Positions 28,951-38,998 of a DNA stretch of 64,000 nucleotides are shown piece after piece (within the stretch, counting starts at the first letter, position 1; the number at the start of each line of letters is the position of its first letter). The notes under the pieces were generated by a model. That model made no database searches, had not been told where the DNA came from, and saw only the letters and a program-made list of their open reading frames with translations. This DNA comes from an uncultured Clostridium sp. (GTDB taxonomy: Bacteria; Bacillota; Clostridia; TANB77; CAG-508). The translations under genes and the position numbers were made by a program. Where the stretch lies: contig CABPCL010000003.1 in the NCBI GenBank assembly GCA_902406115.1, positions 48,782 through 112,781 of the forward strand, written 5' to 3'.

Positions 28951-31900
28951 TTATTTAATTATCAACACTTTTTTAATAATTAGTGTAATGCCTCCAATAA
29001 GTATTATTCCGACTACTGCTCCTAAGATATAGTAAACAATGTTTCCATTACCAAATGGTGGCAATATTACTATTCTTTCTGCAATAGAAGCATCAATTTC
29101 TGAAGGTGTATTTGCTGTTGGATCTTGATTTCCAACTATTGAGTATGCCATTCTTCTTCCAACTGTATTGCTTACTTCTACTATTTCTGCAATATTTGAA
29201 TATGTTAAGTTATCATTTTTATTTTCTGGAGTTATTACTTGTGTTAATACAAGTGTTGTGTCAATGGATTTTCCTGGTTCTAATGCTGTATTAAGAGCAT
29301 TTGTTTTTACAATAGTATTTATTTTTTGTGCTTTAGTTTTAACTGCTTGGTCTATATAGTTATCTGGGCTATTCTCCTCCTTATACAATTTGTCTAACTT
29401 AACAACTTCCCAACCAGGATTATTCTTTCCGTTAAATTGTAAATTATTTGATACATAATCTACTACTGTATTAGGTGTTGTTGTTACAGTATTTCCATGG
29501 TTCTTACCTGTATAATAGAATTCTTTGCCTTCATAATCTACTTCTCCAACATTTTTTACTGTTAATTTATACGTAATTTGTATAGATGCTCCATGCATTA
29601 TTTCTTGGTCCATTGATAATTGTATTAAGCCTCTATTTTTATTTGTATTTTGTTGCCAAGCGACATTGTCTACATTAACTCCTTGGCTTGCATCAAATAG
29701 TATACTTCCATCTGCAAGTGTTACTTTAACGTTTGATACAGTTTTATTTAGCTCTAATTGTGCTTTTGGTCTCTCAACTAGTCCTAAGTTTACACCTTTG
29801 ATAACATAACCTGGTGCTGGATTTTCTGTAGTAACTTGTCTGTTATATTCTATTTCAGCTACTATTGTTTTTGTATCAGCAATCATTTTGCTTCCTTCAC
29901 CTTTTGCAAGTTTCTCTGCCATTTCATTTTTTACATTAGCTGCACTACTTGCATTTAGTGTTGTTCTTACATCCCACAAATCTGCTGCTCTTGATAAGTT
30001 CTCGTCACTAACATCTAAGTTATATTTATCACTGTCGCCATAATCTTGGTATATTGTAGTTTTATAGTCTTGTCCATTATATTTTACTGTACCATCTCCG
30101 TATGTGAATCTTACAATATAATCTCCTGCAACTACATTGTTAAAGGTATATCTACTTCCTTTTATTGATGGACTAGCATCAACTAACTCAAATTGTTTTT
30201 CGCTCTTTGCTCTGTATAATTCTACATTTATTTTTTCTTTTTCTATATCAATTTCTGTGTCAGTTCCATTCTCATAAGTACCGTTTCCTATTACGCTGTC
30301 GTCCACTTTATTGTTTCTTGCATCTTCCCATACGGTTCCTGTTATTGTTCTATTACCCTCAACTTTAACATGTAATCCTGGTGCTTTATCTTCATCATCT
30401 TCTTGTGGTCCTTTTGATTTGTTTAAGTTATTTGGTATTGAATCTCTGTCTACTCTTCCTGCTATAGTTGTGTCATCTTTTACCTCATATTCGTTTTCTC
30501 CATTATAGTGTGGTAATACTGTTCCTTTTTTATAGTATGATTTAAATGCTGCTATCTCTGCCGTGTTTGTTTTAGTTCCTGTTATTACTTTTTCTTCGTC
30601 ATCTGTATTAACTTTAAATGTTAAGTATAGATATTTCGTTTCACCACTTTGAAGTTGTTCACTAAGTTTAATGTCTAAAGTATTATTTGTATCACTATTT
30701 ATACTTACCTTGCTTTCATTTTTCTCTTTTGATATTTCTTGCGCTTTTTCTAAACTATCAACTATTCTTCCTCTTACATTTTTTAAATCATTTGCATTAT
30801 AGTTCTTACTACTTATCCATGAAAGTTCTGATACATATGTGTAATTTTGATCATAATAATCTTTTATTTTTGTTACTTCTCCTAACATACTCATTGATTG
30901 GTTTCTTATTGCTACTTTGTATGTTACATATACTTCTAATGTTTTATCATTTCCACTTACACCTGTAAAGTTATAATCTGGCTCTGCAATTGCTCTTTGA
31001 TAATCTCCTTCTACCACTGTTATTGTCCAATTATTCAAAGCTTTTTCTTTTTCATCTTCAGGTAATTTATCAAAGTTTGGAATACTATCTTGTATGTTCT
31101 TTTTGTCATATCCATATATTTGAGTTTTTCCGTTAACTGTTACAGTTGCTGCATACACGTCCTGTTTTAGTGCCATATCAAACTCTATTCTCTTTGTTAT
31201 ACCAAAGTCAATTGTATTAATTGTAACGTTGTCAGGGCTACTTATAGCAGCATAAAAACTATAATTAAAATTATCTTCAACTTGATGTCCAGTATATGCA
31301 GAAATTGCACAATTAGTATCTGTATTAGCTTTATTTTTGTACGTTAACTTATTATAATCTCCAAAATATTCTTCAGTTTTTTCTTTCTTCTCTGTATTTG
31401 ATATCTCATTTATATTAAATCCTTCATTAAAATTATCTCTATCCTGTTTTTTCTCTGCTGCGACTGAATTTTTTCTTTTATCGTCATTTTCTCTGGTAGC
31501 CTTATACATTGTATTTTCATAATTTTGTCCGTTATATGTAAATTTAACGTAATACCATTTATCAGTTGGTAACTTTTCAAAAGTATAGGTTCCGTTACTA
31601 TTAGTCGTTGTTTCTAAAATTTTTGTACCATCTGTTTCTGGATTTGCATCATTCTTTTGATAAAGTTCAACCTTTATTCCACCTATTCCTGATTCACCAC
31701 TGTCTTTTAATCCATCAGCTAGAGTTTCTTTTCCTCCTCTTAGATCTTCCCAAACAGTTCCACCTAAATTTAGTGTTGGTCTAAATTTTAATACTTCGAA
31801 GTCATCATCATCTTCTTGACTTGTGCTTCCATAATTACCTCTATTTACATTTTTAGGTGTTGAATCTCTATCGTCTCCATCGTCAGCTGTTATTTCGGCT

Positions 31901-34851
31901 ATGTTTTTTAAATTATCTTTAGCCTTTGTTGCTATAACTTCACACTCAATTTGAACATCTTTATATGATAATTTATTATTTTTTTCATCAAATGCTGGAA
32001 TTATTTCATTTTGATCTTTTAAATAAGTGGTGGTATATGCGGTATATTCTTTATCTGAATCACCTTTTTTCCATCCATATTTTTTATTTATCGTACTATT
32101 GTCTGCTAGCTTTAATCCCGCTGGTAAGTAATCTGTAATTTCAGTTGCTGTTCCAGCTTTCTTTCCTTCATTATATATTCTAATTGTATAAACTACCTTA
32201 TCTCCTGTAGCTGCTTTTAATACTTTGCCTTCTTCGTCCTTATTATGTTTATATGTTGCTGTATATTCTTTGTTATTATTTCTATCAAATGTTCCATCTT
32301 TTAACGTTGTTAAATCTACTTTTGGCTCTCTACTTTCTTTTGGTGCTATTCCGTTAATTGATGTAATGAATTTTCTTAATGCTAAATCGTATTGTGGTTC
32401 ATTTTTCATAGTAAGTGTTATAGTTCCGTCCTTTTGATTCTTTGATACTGGACTATTTTTTGTTATTTTATTTCCGTTTTTATCTTTTACAGTTAAAGTA
32501 ATATTATCAATAACATACTTTCCTTCTGTCATATCTATTTTCTTTGGTACCTTAACCTCTATCGATCCATCAAATTTCACAAATCCATAAGGTGCTGTTG
32601 TTTCAGTTATTTTATACTCATCATCATTTAAATTAGTAATTTTTTCATTATTTAAAAGTGTACATTCTCCGTTTGAATTTGTAGTTGTGAGTTTTATTTG
32701 TTTCCAATTGCCATTTTCCTTCTTTTCAATTTTAAATACGGCTCCTGATAGAGGGTCTGAAGAATTAGTAGAACTTACTTTATTTAATTTTAAGTCATAT
32801 GATCCTTTTTGTATATTGGTCATTTTAAGATTTATGGTTGTTTCATTTCCTGTACCTTCGTTAGTTACCGGAGATGGATCAAGTTTTTTATTATTCTTAT
32901 CAAAGGCTATTATACTTACAGATTTAACCACATATTTTGCTTTATTTCCATTTTGTTTCACACCAGTTGTTACAACAACTTTGATTCCACCTGTAAATTT
33001 CGCATAATTTGTTGGTGCTTGTGTTTCTGTTATCCAATAATACAGCGTAGTTGCCTTATCAATTGTTACATTCCTTAGTAAATTATAGACACCTTTTTCA
33101 CCCTCTTTTTCAGTTTTTATAGTCTTTCCGTTTTTCTCCCAATCCCATTCATGAGTAGTAGTATTGATTTCTACCCATTTTTTTATATTAAAGTATGCTC
33201 CTGATTTTGGCTCCTCAGAAGTTCCTGCTGAGACTTTTTTAATATTGAGATTAAAACTTCCATCCTCAATTTTAGTATTTTTTATAGTTACTGTTATTTC
33301 ATCATTTGCTATTTCCACCTTAGCTATACTCTTTCTGCTTTCAGAAGCTTCTTTATCATTTTCGTCTAAAACTACCACCTTTGCACTTGCTGAAAATTTT
33401 CCATTTTTTTCAGATTTTGTTACAGTCAATTTTATCTTTTCATCAAACTTTATATATCCACTTTTTGCACTGTTTTCTGTTATATAATATACATCATTTC
33501 CTAAGGTACTTTTTGTAATTGTTACACTATTAACATAAGCCTTCCCATTTGTATTAGTCTTTACTGTTTTATTTACTTTTCCACTTATATTAAACTTAAC
33601 ATTTCCTATTGGATTTTCGTCTTTTGAAAAATCTATTTTTCTAATGTATACTTTGTATTTTCCAGTAAGAGTTGTATCTGTTATTTTTTTTATTTTTTCA
33701 CTTTTTATTTCTCTTTTTGCATCAACCACAGTTACTGGTTGTACATCATTATTAGATCCATATTTTCCCTTGCACCTAACTTCATACCCTGAAGCAATCA
33801 TATATTTAAAAGTAACATCTAATTGAAAGTCTATTTTATCTATATCACTAGTACCACTAATAATAACATAAAATTCTTCTCCGCTATCAGGATACCATAT
33901 ATCATTTTGTCTACTTATATAATCATCACCTGGTTCAAAATATTTAGGGCTCTTATTTTTACCTTTCATTTTTATCGATTTAACTTTAGCACTGCCGAAT
34001 TGTTGACCGTTTGCATATGTAATTACTTCCATATCAGACACACCAGAAAATCTATATCCATTAGTTCCTAGTGAATAATAACTCATTTTATATGGTCCAA
34101 GTATAACTTCTCCATTTTTATATTCTTTCTTAACATTTGTGCTAATCCATGTTGGATTTAATCCATTATCTTTCACCTTTTCATGATAAGTGTAATAATT
34201 AGTAGCTTCATTTACTAATTTATATATTTCACTTTTAATCGTTGTACCTGTATTCCATTTTGTAGTTTTGCCATTATCATTTACTATTATTGAACGATCA
34301 ACATATGATCCACACTCTTCATTATTTAATAGCCAATATGCATTTTGCTTTATGTACCAGTTTTTTACTGTTGCTGAAACAGTATTGTATGCATCCGATT
34401 TATAATCAGTACTGTATTTATACCATGAGGTACAGCTATCTCTTGAAAATACATATGCTTCATCCGCAGATAAATATCCAGCTTTTGTCGGTGTGTATGT
34501 AATATTGCTACCTGAATTAAGCTTATTTACTTGCCCATAATAGATTTTTCCATCTGTTGCACTCTTGTAATAACTCTCCTCTAAAGGAAAACTTTTGTCC
34601 CTGTTTGTGCAATAAATTTGATATCTTCCAGCATATGGTATAAAAAAACGATTTAATTGATTTGTATACCATGCTTCTCTTGGTACATTATAATCCTTTG
34701 CTACATCTGGAACCGTATACGCTTGTTTCTCTGTATAATTAATTCCCGTATTATTCACTTTTACACTTATTAAATTTTTTATTCCAAGTATTAATAACCC
34801 TATTAATATTGCAAATACACTAACTTTTATTATGTTTCTTTTCATTTTCAT
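28951..34851 (-). CDS. Large surface adhesin A' (1966 aa), a paralog of A with extra Cna-B/SpaA-like modules
   Basis: The N-terminal domain is shared with A (LNRFFxPYxGxYxIYCxNR ... KQ(Q/N)AYWL). There are three Cna-B-like modules. The C-terminal ~800 aa is >90% identical to A, with stretches of 100% nucleotide identity (e.g. 29738..30120 matches 19193..19575). The C-terminus reads ILPPFGNGNIVYYILGAVVGIILIGGITLIIKKVLIIK. An AAGGAGG RBS lies 10 nt after the B' stop. Confidence 0.8.
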   Translation of the reverse strand: MKMKRNIIKVSVFAILIGLLILGIKNLISVKVNNTGINYTEKQAYTVPDVAKDYNVPREAWYTNQLNRFFIPYAGRYQIYCTNRDKSFPLEESYYKSATDGKIYYGQVNKLNSGSNITYTPTKAGYLSADEAYVFSRDSCTSWYKYSTDYKSDAYNTVSATVKNWYIKQNAYWLLNNEECGSYVDRSIIVNDNGKTTKWNTGTTIKSEIYKLVNEATNYYTYHEKVKDNGLNPTWISTNVKKEYKNGEVILGPYKMSYYSLGTNGYRFSGVSDMEVITYANGQQFGSAKVKSIKMKGKNKSPKYFEPGDDYISRQNDIWYPDSGEEFYVIISGTSDIDKIDFQLDVTFKYMIASGYEVRCKGKYGSNNDVQPVTVVDAKREIKSEKIKKITDTTLTGKYKVYIRKIDFSKDENPIGNVKFNISGKVNKTVKTNTNGKAYVNSVTITKSTLGNDVYYITENSAKSGYIKFDEKIKLTVTKSEKNGKFSASAKVVVLDENDKEASESRKSIAKVEIANDEITVTIKNTKIEDGSFNLNIKKVSAGTSEEPKSGAYFNIKKWVEINTTTHEWDWEKNGKTIKTEKEGEKGVYNLLRNVTIDKATTLYYWITETQAPTNYAKFTGGIKVVVTTGVKQNGNKAKYVVKSVSIIAFDKNNKKLDPSPVTNEGTGNETTINLKMTNIQKGSYDLKLNKVSSTNSSDPLSGAVFKIEKKENGNWKQIKLTTTNSNGECTLLNNEKITNLNDDEYKITETTAPYGFVKFDGSIEVKVPKKIDMTEGKYVIDNITLTVKDKNGNKITKNSPVSKNQKDGTITLTMKNEPQYDLALRKFITSINGIAPKESREPKVDLTTLKDGTFDRNNNKEYTATYKHNKDEEGKVLKAATGDKVVYTIRIYNEGKKAGTATEITDYLPAGLKLADNSTINKKYGWKKGDSDKEYTAYTTTYLKDQNEIIPAFDEKNNKLSYKDVQIECEVIATKAKDNLKNIAEITADDGDDRDSTPKNVNRGNYGSTSQEDDDDFEVLKFRPTLNLGGTVWEDLRGGKETLADGLKDSGESGIGGIKVELYQKNDANPETDGTKILETTTNSNGTYTFEKLPTDKWYYVKFTYNGQNYENTMYKATRENDDKRKNSVAAEKKQDRDNFNEGFNINEISNTEKKEKTEEYFGDYNKLTYKNKANTDTNCAISAYTGHQVEDNFNYSFYAAISSPDNVTINTIDFGITKRIEFDMALKQDVYAATVTVNGKTQIYGYDKKNIQDSIPNFDKLPEDEKEKALNNWTITVVEGDYQRAIAEPDYNFTGVSGNDKTLEVYVTYKVAIRNQSMSMLGEVTKIKDYYDQNYTYVSELSWISSKNYNANDLKNVRGRIVDSLEKAQEISKEKNESKVSINSDTNNTLDIKLSEQLQSGETKYLYLTFKVNTDDEEKVITGTKTNTAEIAAFKSYYKKGTVLPHYNGENEYEVKDDTTIAGRVDRDSIPNNLNKSKGPQEDDEDKAPGLHVKVEGNRTITGTVWEDARNNKVDDSVIGNGTYENGTDTEIDIEKEKINVELYRAKSEKQFELVDASPSIKGSRYTFNNVVAGDYIVRFTYGDGTVKYNGQDYKTTIYQDYGDSDKYNLDVSDENLSRAADLWDVRTTLNASSAANVKNEMAEKLAKGEGSKMIADTKTIVAEIEYNRQVTTENPAPGYVIKGVNLGLVERPKAQLELNKTVSNVKVTLADGSILFDASQGVNVDNVAWQQNTNKNRGLIQLSMDQEIMHGASIQITYKLTVKNVGEVDYEGKEFYYTGKNHGNTVTTTPNTVVDYVSNNLQFNGKNNPGWEVVKLDKLYKEENSPDNYIDQAVKTKAQKINTIVKTNALNTALEPGKSIDTTLVLTQVITPENKNDNLTYSNIAEIVEVSNTVGRRMAYSIVGNQDPTANTPSEIDASIAERIVILPPFGNGNIVYYILGAVVGIILIGGITLIIKKVLIIK

Positions 34852-34861
34852 CCTCCTTTCC

Positions 34862-37800
34862 TTAGTTATTCTTTTTTCTTAAAATTCTCCTTTTAATTTC
34901 ATATACTCCATAGCCTAGCATTATCATTACTCCAAATGCTATTGCAGTATATGTTATTATTTTACCTGTTACTATTGATATTGCTATATCTGCTTTTGAC
35001 ATATCATCTTCGTTTTCTTCTTTGTTTCCTGGTGTTGAATCTATGTCTTTTAATCCTTGTTCATTATATGCTTCATATATTTCAGCATTATTACTTAATA
35101 CTCCTAAGCTGTCCTCTGTTATCTTCTTTGTTAACACTAATGTTAACTCTTTTGTTTCTCCTAGGTTGATTATCTCATTTGCTAGACTTGCATTATATAC
35201 ATTTCCGTTATCTGATAAGTACCAGTCTTTATTTAACTCTGTACTAAATCCTACTCCTGTTGGTAAGTAATCTACTACTTTCTTTGCATATCCTGCTACT
35301 TCTCCTTCATTTTTTATTACTATCTTGTATTCTATTACCATACTGCTCTTTCCTACATTGCTTCCTAATACTTCTACTTTTGCTGTCTTTGAGTTATTAT
35401 GCTCATCTGTTCTTGTTCCTATTGTTGGTGTTGTTAATGCTATTCTACTTACATATTTCTCTAGGCTTAAATCAAATTTCTCTGATGTATATACTCCTAT
35501 GTCTATATCTCTTACATTCTCGTTTGTTATATTTATTACGTCTGTTATTCCTGCTATTGTTCTATTTCCATCTACTGTTATATTAATGCTTATCGCATCT
35601 GAGTTTGAATATTCATCTACTCCCTTTGCTCTATATGTTGTTAATGTATATTTTGTTGCATCATATAGGAATACTACTATGTATTCCCCTTGTGGTAAGT
35701 TTGTAAACTCATATTTTCCATCGCTTCCTGTTGTTACTCTCTTCTCCTCTTTGCTCTCTGCATCTTTTACTATTGTATTGTCTGCTTTATTTAATAATAT
35801 TACTGTTACGTTTGGTAATATTTCTTCGCTTGAATCCCTCTTTCCATCTTTATTGCTATCTATCCATGCTGTTCCTGTTATTTTATATCTATTGCTCTTT
35901 GGTTCATCTGGTGTTGGATTATCTGGATTATCTGGATTTGGGTTATCTGGGTCTGGATTGTCTGGATTTGGGTTATCTGGGTCTGGGTTGTCTGGATCTG
36001 GATTGTCTGGATCTGGATTGTCTGGATCTGGGTTGTCTGGATCTGGGTTGTCTGGATCTGGATTGTCTGGATCTGGGTTGTCTGGTTTTGGATTGTCTGG
36101 GTTTGGATCATTTGGTGTAGCATTATATTCTATAATATTTGTTACTGTATTTGTATTTATTTTTTCAACTCCATATGCACTTACAGTTAGATAATTTTGA
36201 ACCTCTTTATCATTTTCGTCTGGTAATAAATCTGCCATTACTTTAATTGTTATATTATATATTTCTCCAGGTTCTAAAATACCAAGTGTTAAAGCTACAT
36301 CGTTTTGGTTACTATTATTAGTAGATAATATCTCTTCCTCACCTTTTTTTACTTGAATTTCTTGTATTTTAACACCTTCTGGTAAGTTATCTTCTATAAA
36401 TACACTAGAAGCACTGATTTCTCCAATATTTTGTATACTAAAAGTATATGTAAATTCATTCTCTTCTTTTACATATCTTGGTGATGTTTTTAATTCAGAA
36501 ACCTTTAATTGAACAATCTTAACTGTATTGATAAGTATATTTGAGTAATGCTTTTCAACTCCATCTGCTAACGCACTTGCTATAACCTTTACTACAGTCT
36601 CTTCTGATGATTTTACCTCTGTTTCAAATGTCATAACTTTGCTATCAATTAATGTTTCTATATTTGCCGTTATGGTGTTTGTTGTTTCATCATAAGATAT
36701 CGCATCTTGTATTTCCTCTTCATCCGATATTATATTTTCTATAGATCCTTGTTTATATATTAATCCATTTGGAAGCTGTATTGTTACAATTGTATTATCT
36801 ATACTTTCTTTATCTGATATGTTAGTTAAATATAGTCTATATTCAATATTATTTTTGGGTTTTAATACAGTATCTTCTGCTTTATCAGAAACCAATCTCA
36901 TATCAATTGATCCCTTTTGTATATTAAATTTAATTTTATTTGATAATATAACATCCTCTGTTTCACTAAAAGTTATACTAGCTTTATTTATTATCTCCTT
37001 TGGTAAAGTATTTGATATATCTTTATTTATTTGAATATAATATGAATAATTATATTCATTACCTACTTTTATCTCATTTACTTCATAAGTTTGTTCTACC
37101 ATATCTACTCTTTCATGGAATTGATTTCCTGTAGAATAATATACAAACTTTGCACATTCTGGTAATGGCACAGTTACCTTAACGTTAGTTGCTGCAACTG
37201 ATCCAGTGTTTTTTATTACCAAATTCATTTTAACAATTTGGCCTTCTCTTATAGTGTCTACTGTAGAAGAAAGTTCAGCTGTTAGTTCTGGGCCTTGTCC
37301 TGTTGTTAATTCTACTACTGGCGATACCTTTGTTTCTGCCATAGTTCCTACACTAGATACATTGTTATAGTAAACTTGGTACATTTCACTTGAGCTGTTT
37401 TTGTATTCAAGATTTTCTGGTATTTCTATACCATATGATAATTCTATTTTACTTCCTTTGTTCATCTCATATCCATTTGTTACAACCAAATATGACTTTG
37501 ATTGATTTGTTGCTTGTGTTGTCCAACCATTGTTTGCATCTGAAATATCTTTTGTTGCATCTGCTTTGTTTGAATAATAAATTGTGTATTTTGATGAATC
37601 GATTCCATTAAGACCAACTTGAGTTGTTAAGGTTGTGCTAAATGTTGACCCTAAGTTTTCATCTGAATTTGTTTTCTTGTTATCTTTTGCAGGTATTCTT
37701 CCTAAGATTACTAAATCTTGAAGTGAGTTATCATAATTGTTTATTATTAGCCCTTTTACATTTGAACTTCTTTTTTGAGCTTTTACAGCAAGTTCCCCTT

Positions 37801-38512
37801 TAACATTTGATTCTGTTATTGTAAATACTTCTGCTTTTCCTTCTGCATATTGTGATATAGCATTTGTTGTAATTAGTCCATTAGGAGCAACAAATTTTAT
37901 TTCTGTTGATACTGTTTCTTCACTAGTTATATTTTTTGTATTTTCGTTTGTATATTTCATTACTACTTTGCTTTTGTTGTCTGGTGTTAATTTATTAACA
38001 GTTAAGTCTGTGTTGAATATTATAATTGTTCCTCTGTATGCTGCATCTATTGTATGTTCAGTTTGTGTTCCCTCTAACACAGCTTTTATAACTTTTGATC
38101 CATTTTCTTCTTGAACGTTTGCACTTTTTATTGATAGTCCGTTTTCCATCAAAATATCATAATTTTTTAAGTTCACGCTTTCTATGTATGATGGTAATAC
38201 TATCTTTAGCGTAGGATTTTTGTACAAAGCATAGTCTTTATTTGAAGTATCTAAAATTGCTCTTATCTCTACGTTTTCATTTTTTACTACCGTAGTTAAC
38301 TCAGTTCTATTTAGTTGTAGCTCAGCAATAGAATGTGATTTATTTTGATTCTCTGCTGTGCCTTGAGTACTTGCTGTTACTGTGGTTTGTTCTTGTGATT
38401 GAGTTGATTCTTGTGCATATGAAATGCTATTATTCCCAAGTACTACTAAATTTGACGCCATTAGAACTGTCACTAATAGTAATATTAATGATTTCCTTAA
38501 AAATTTGTACAT
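34862..38512 (-). CDS. Surface protein B' (~1216 aa), an N-terminally shorter paralog of B
   Basis: The start is taken at MYKFLRKSLILLLVTVLMA (signal peptide) with a GGGGGA RBS; the track ORF extends 42 codons further into the leader. The last ~1.05 kb matches the 3' end of B almost exactly (copies offset by 11428 nt). The PDN linker is expanded. Confidence 0.75.
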   Translation of the reverse strand: MYKFLRKSLILLLVTVLMASNLVVLGNNSISYAQESTQSQEQTTVTASTQGTAENQNKSHSIAELQLNRTELTTVVKNENVEIRAILDTSNKDYALYKNPTLKIVLPSYIESVNLKNYDILMENGLSIKSANVQEENGSKVIKAVLEGTQTEHTIDAAYRGTIIIFNTDLTVNKLTPDNKSKVVMKYTNENTKNITSEETVSTEIKFVAPNGLITTNAISQYAEGKAEVFTITESNVKGELAVKAQKRSSNVKGLIINNYDNSLQDLVILGRIPAKDNKKTNSDENLGSTFSTTLTTQVGLNGIDSSKYTIYYSNKADATKDISDANNGWTTQATNQSKSYLVVTNGYEMNKGSKIELSYGIEIPENLEYKNSSSEMYQVYYNNVSSVGTMAETKVSPVVELTTGQGPELTAELSSTVDTIREGQIVKMNLVIKNTGSVAATNVKVTVPLPECAKFVYYSTGNQFHERVDMVEQTYEVNEIKVGNEYNYSYYIQINKDISNTLPKEIINKASITFSETEDVILSNKIKFNIQKGSIDMRLVSDKAEDTVLKPKNNIEYRLYLTNISDKESIDNTIVTIQLPNGLIYKQGSIENIISDEEEIQDAISYDETTNTITANIETLIDSKVMTFETEVKSSEETVVKVIASALADGVEKHYSNILINTVKIVQLKVSELKTSPRYVKEENEFTYTFSIQNIGEISASSVFIEDNLPEGVKIQEIQVKKGEEEILSTNNSNQNDVALTLGILEPGEIYNITIKVMADLLPDENDKEVQNYLTVSAYGVEKINTNTVTNIIEYNATPNDPNPDNPKPDNPDPDNPDPDNPDPDNPDPDNPDPDNPDPDNPDPDNPNPDNPDPDNPNPDNPDNPTPDEPKSNRYKITGTAWIDSNKDGKRDSSEEILPNVTVILLNKADNTIVKDAESKEEKRVTTGSDGKYEFTNLPQGEYIVVFLYDATKYTLTTYRAKGVDEYSNSDAISINITVDGNRTIAGITDVINITNENVRDIDIGVYTSEKFDLSLEKYVSRIALTTPTIGTRTDEHNNSKTAKVEVLGSNVGKSSMVIEYKIVIKNEGEVAGYAKKVVDYLPTGVGFSTELNKDWYLSDNGNVYNASLANEIINLGETKELTLVLTKKITEDSLGVLSNNAEIYEAYNEQGLKDIDSTPGNKEENEDDMSKADIAISIVTGKIITYTAIAFGVMIMLGYGVYEIKRRILRKKNN
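35912..36110. repeat. Expanded tandem 9/18-nt repeat array encoding the (PDNPD)n linker in B' (~11 units)
   Basis: The track translation PDNPDPDNPDPDNPDPDNPD... shows the array is roughly twice as long as in B. Confidence 0.8.
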
Positions 38513-38678
38513 AGTAAATCCCCCCGCTATATATCCGCATGATTTAATAAAACAAGTATAACTGTATTTTTTTAAATTCATACCTATATATATCCTTTTA
38601 TTCGTATATAATTTTAACATTTTATTAATAGCATTCAACCCTTGTTACGCGCTCTTTTCTTTATATTTCAACATTTTT

Positions 38679-38743
38679 CTTACGGAAATTTGCGTAATAC
38701 AAATTATTAAGTTTATATTACAATTTATTTACAATGTTACAAG
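38679..38743. promoter_or_regulatory. Conserved upstream element in the B'-A' operon leader (CTTACGGAA..CGTAA, ATTACAATTTATTTACAATGTTACAAG)
   Basis: The motif and spacing match those at 28677..28743 and the TTACAAT direct repeat at 8531..8548. Confidence 0.45.
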
Positions 38744-38822
38744 ATCAAAATGTGTAACACTTTTTACTTTTTTGAATATAATATTATAGTTTTATGAACA
38801 TATATTATATTGGGGTGATTTA

Positions 38823-38981
38823 ATGAATAATCAAATGGATATGGCAAAGCTTATGTCTATGTTATCTAAAATGGATAAAAAGGACCTAGAGCAAGGTCTT
38901 TCTAAGGTTAGTAAGATGCTAAATTCTAAAGATGCTGATACCATTATTAATGAAATAAAAAAGAATACAAATTCTAAATAG
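38823..38981 (+). CDS. Small hypothetical protein (52 aa, K/M-rich)
   Basis: ATG at 38823 follows a GGGGTGA RBS. The product is MNNQMDMAKLMSMLSKMDKKDLEQGLSKVSKMLNSKDADTIINEIKKNTNSK. It falls below the ORF-track cutoff. Its composition resembles the N-terminus of the next gene. Confidence 0.4.
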   Translation: MNNQMDMAKLMSMLSKMDKKDLEQGLSKVSKMLNSKDADTIINEIKKNTNSK

Positions 38982-38998
38982 GTACAATTTTAGGAGGG

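Noticed and set aside
24484-36110. The short periodic repeats considered as a CRISPR array
   Set aside because: Period is 9/18 nt with no spacers, and the repeats lie entirely inside coding sequence and translate to a PDN linker. There is no cas context.
38513-38638. N-terminal extension of B' to 38638 (MNAINKMLKLYTNKRIYIG...)
   Set aside because: The upstream 42 codons have no signal peptide character. The MYKFLRKSLILLLVTVLMA start has an RBS and a classical signal peptide, so the extension is leader sequence that happens to be open.
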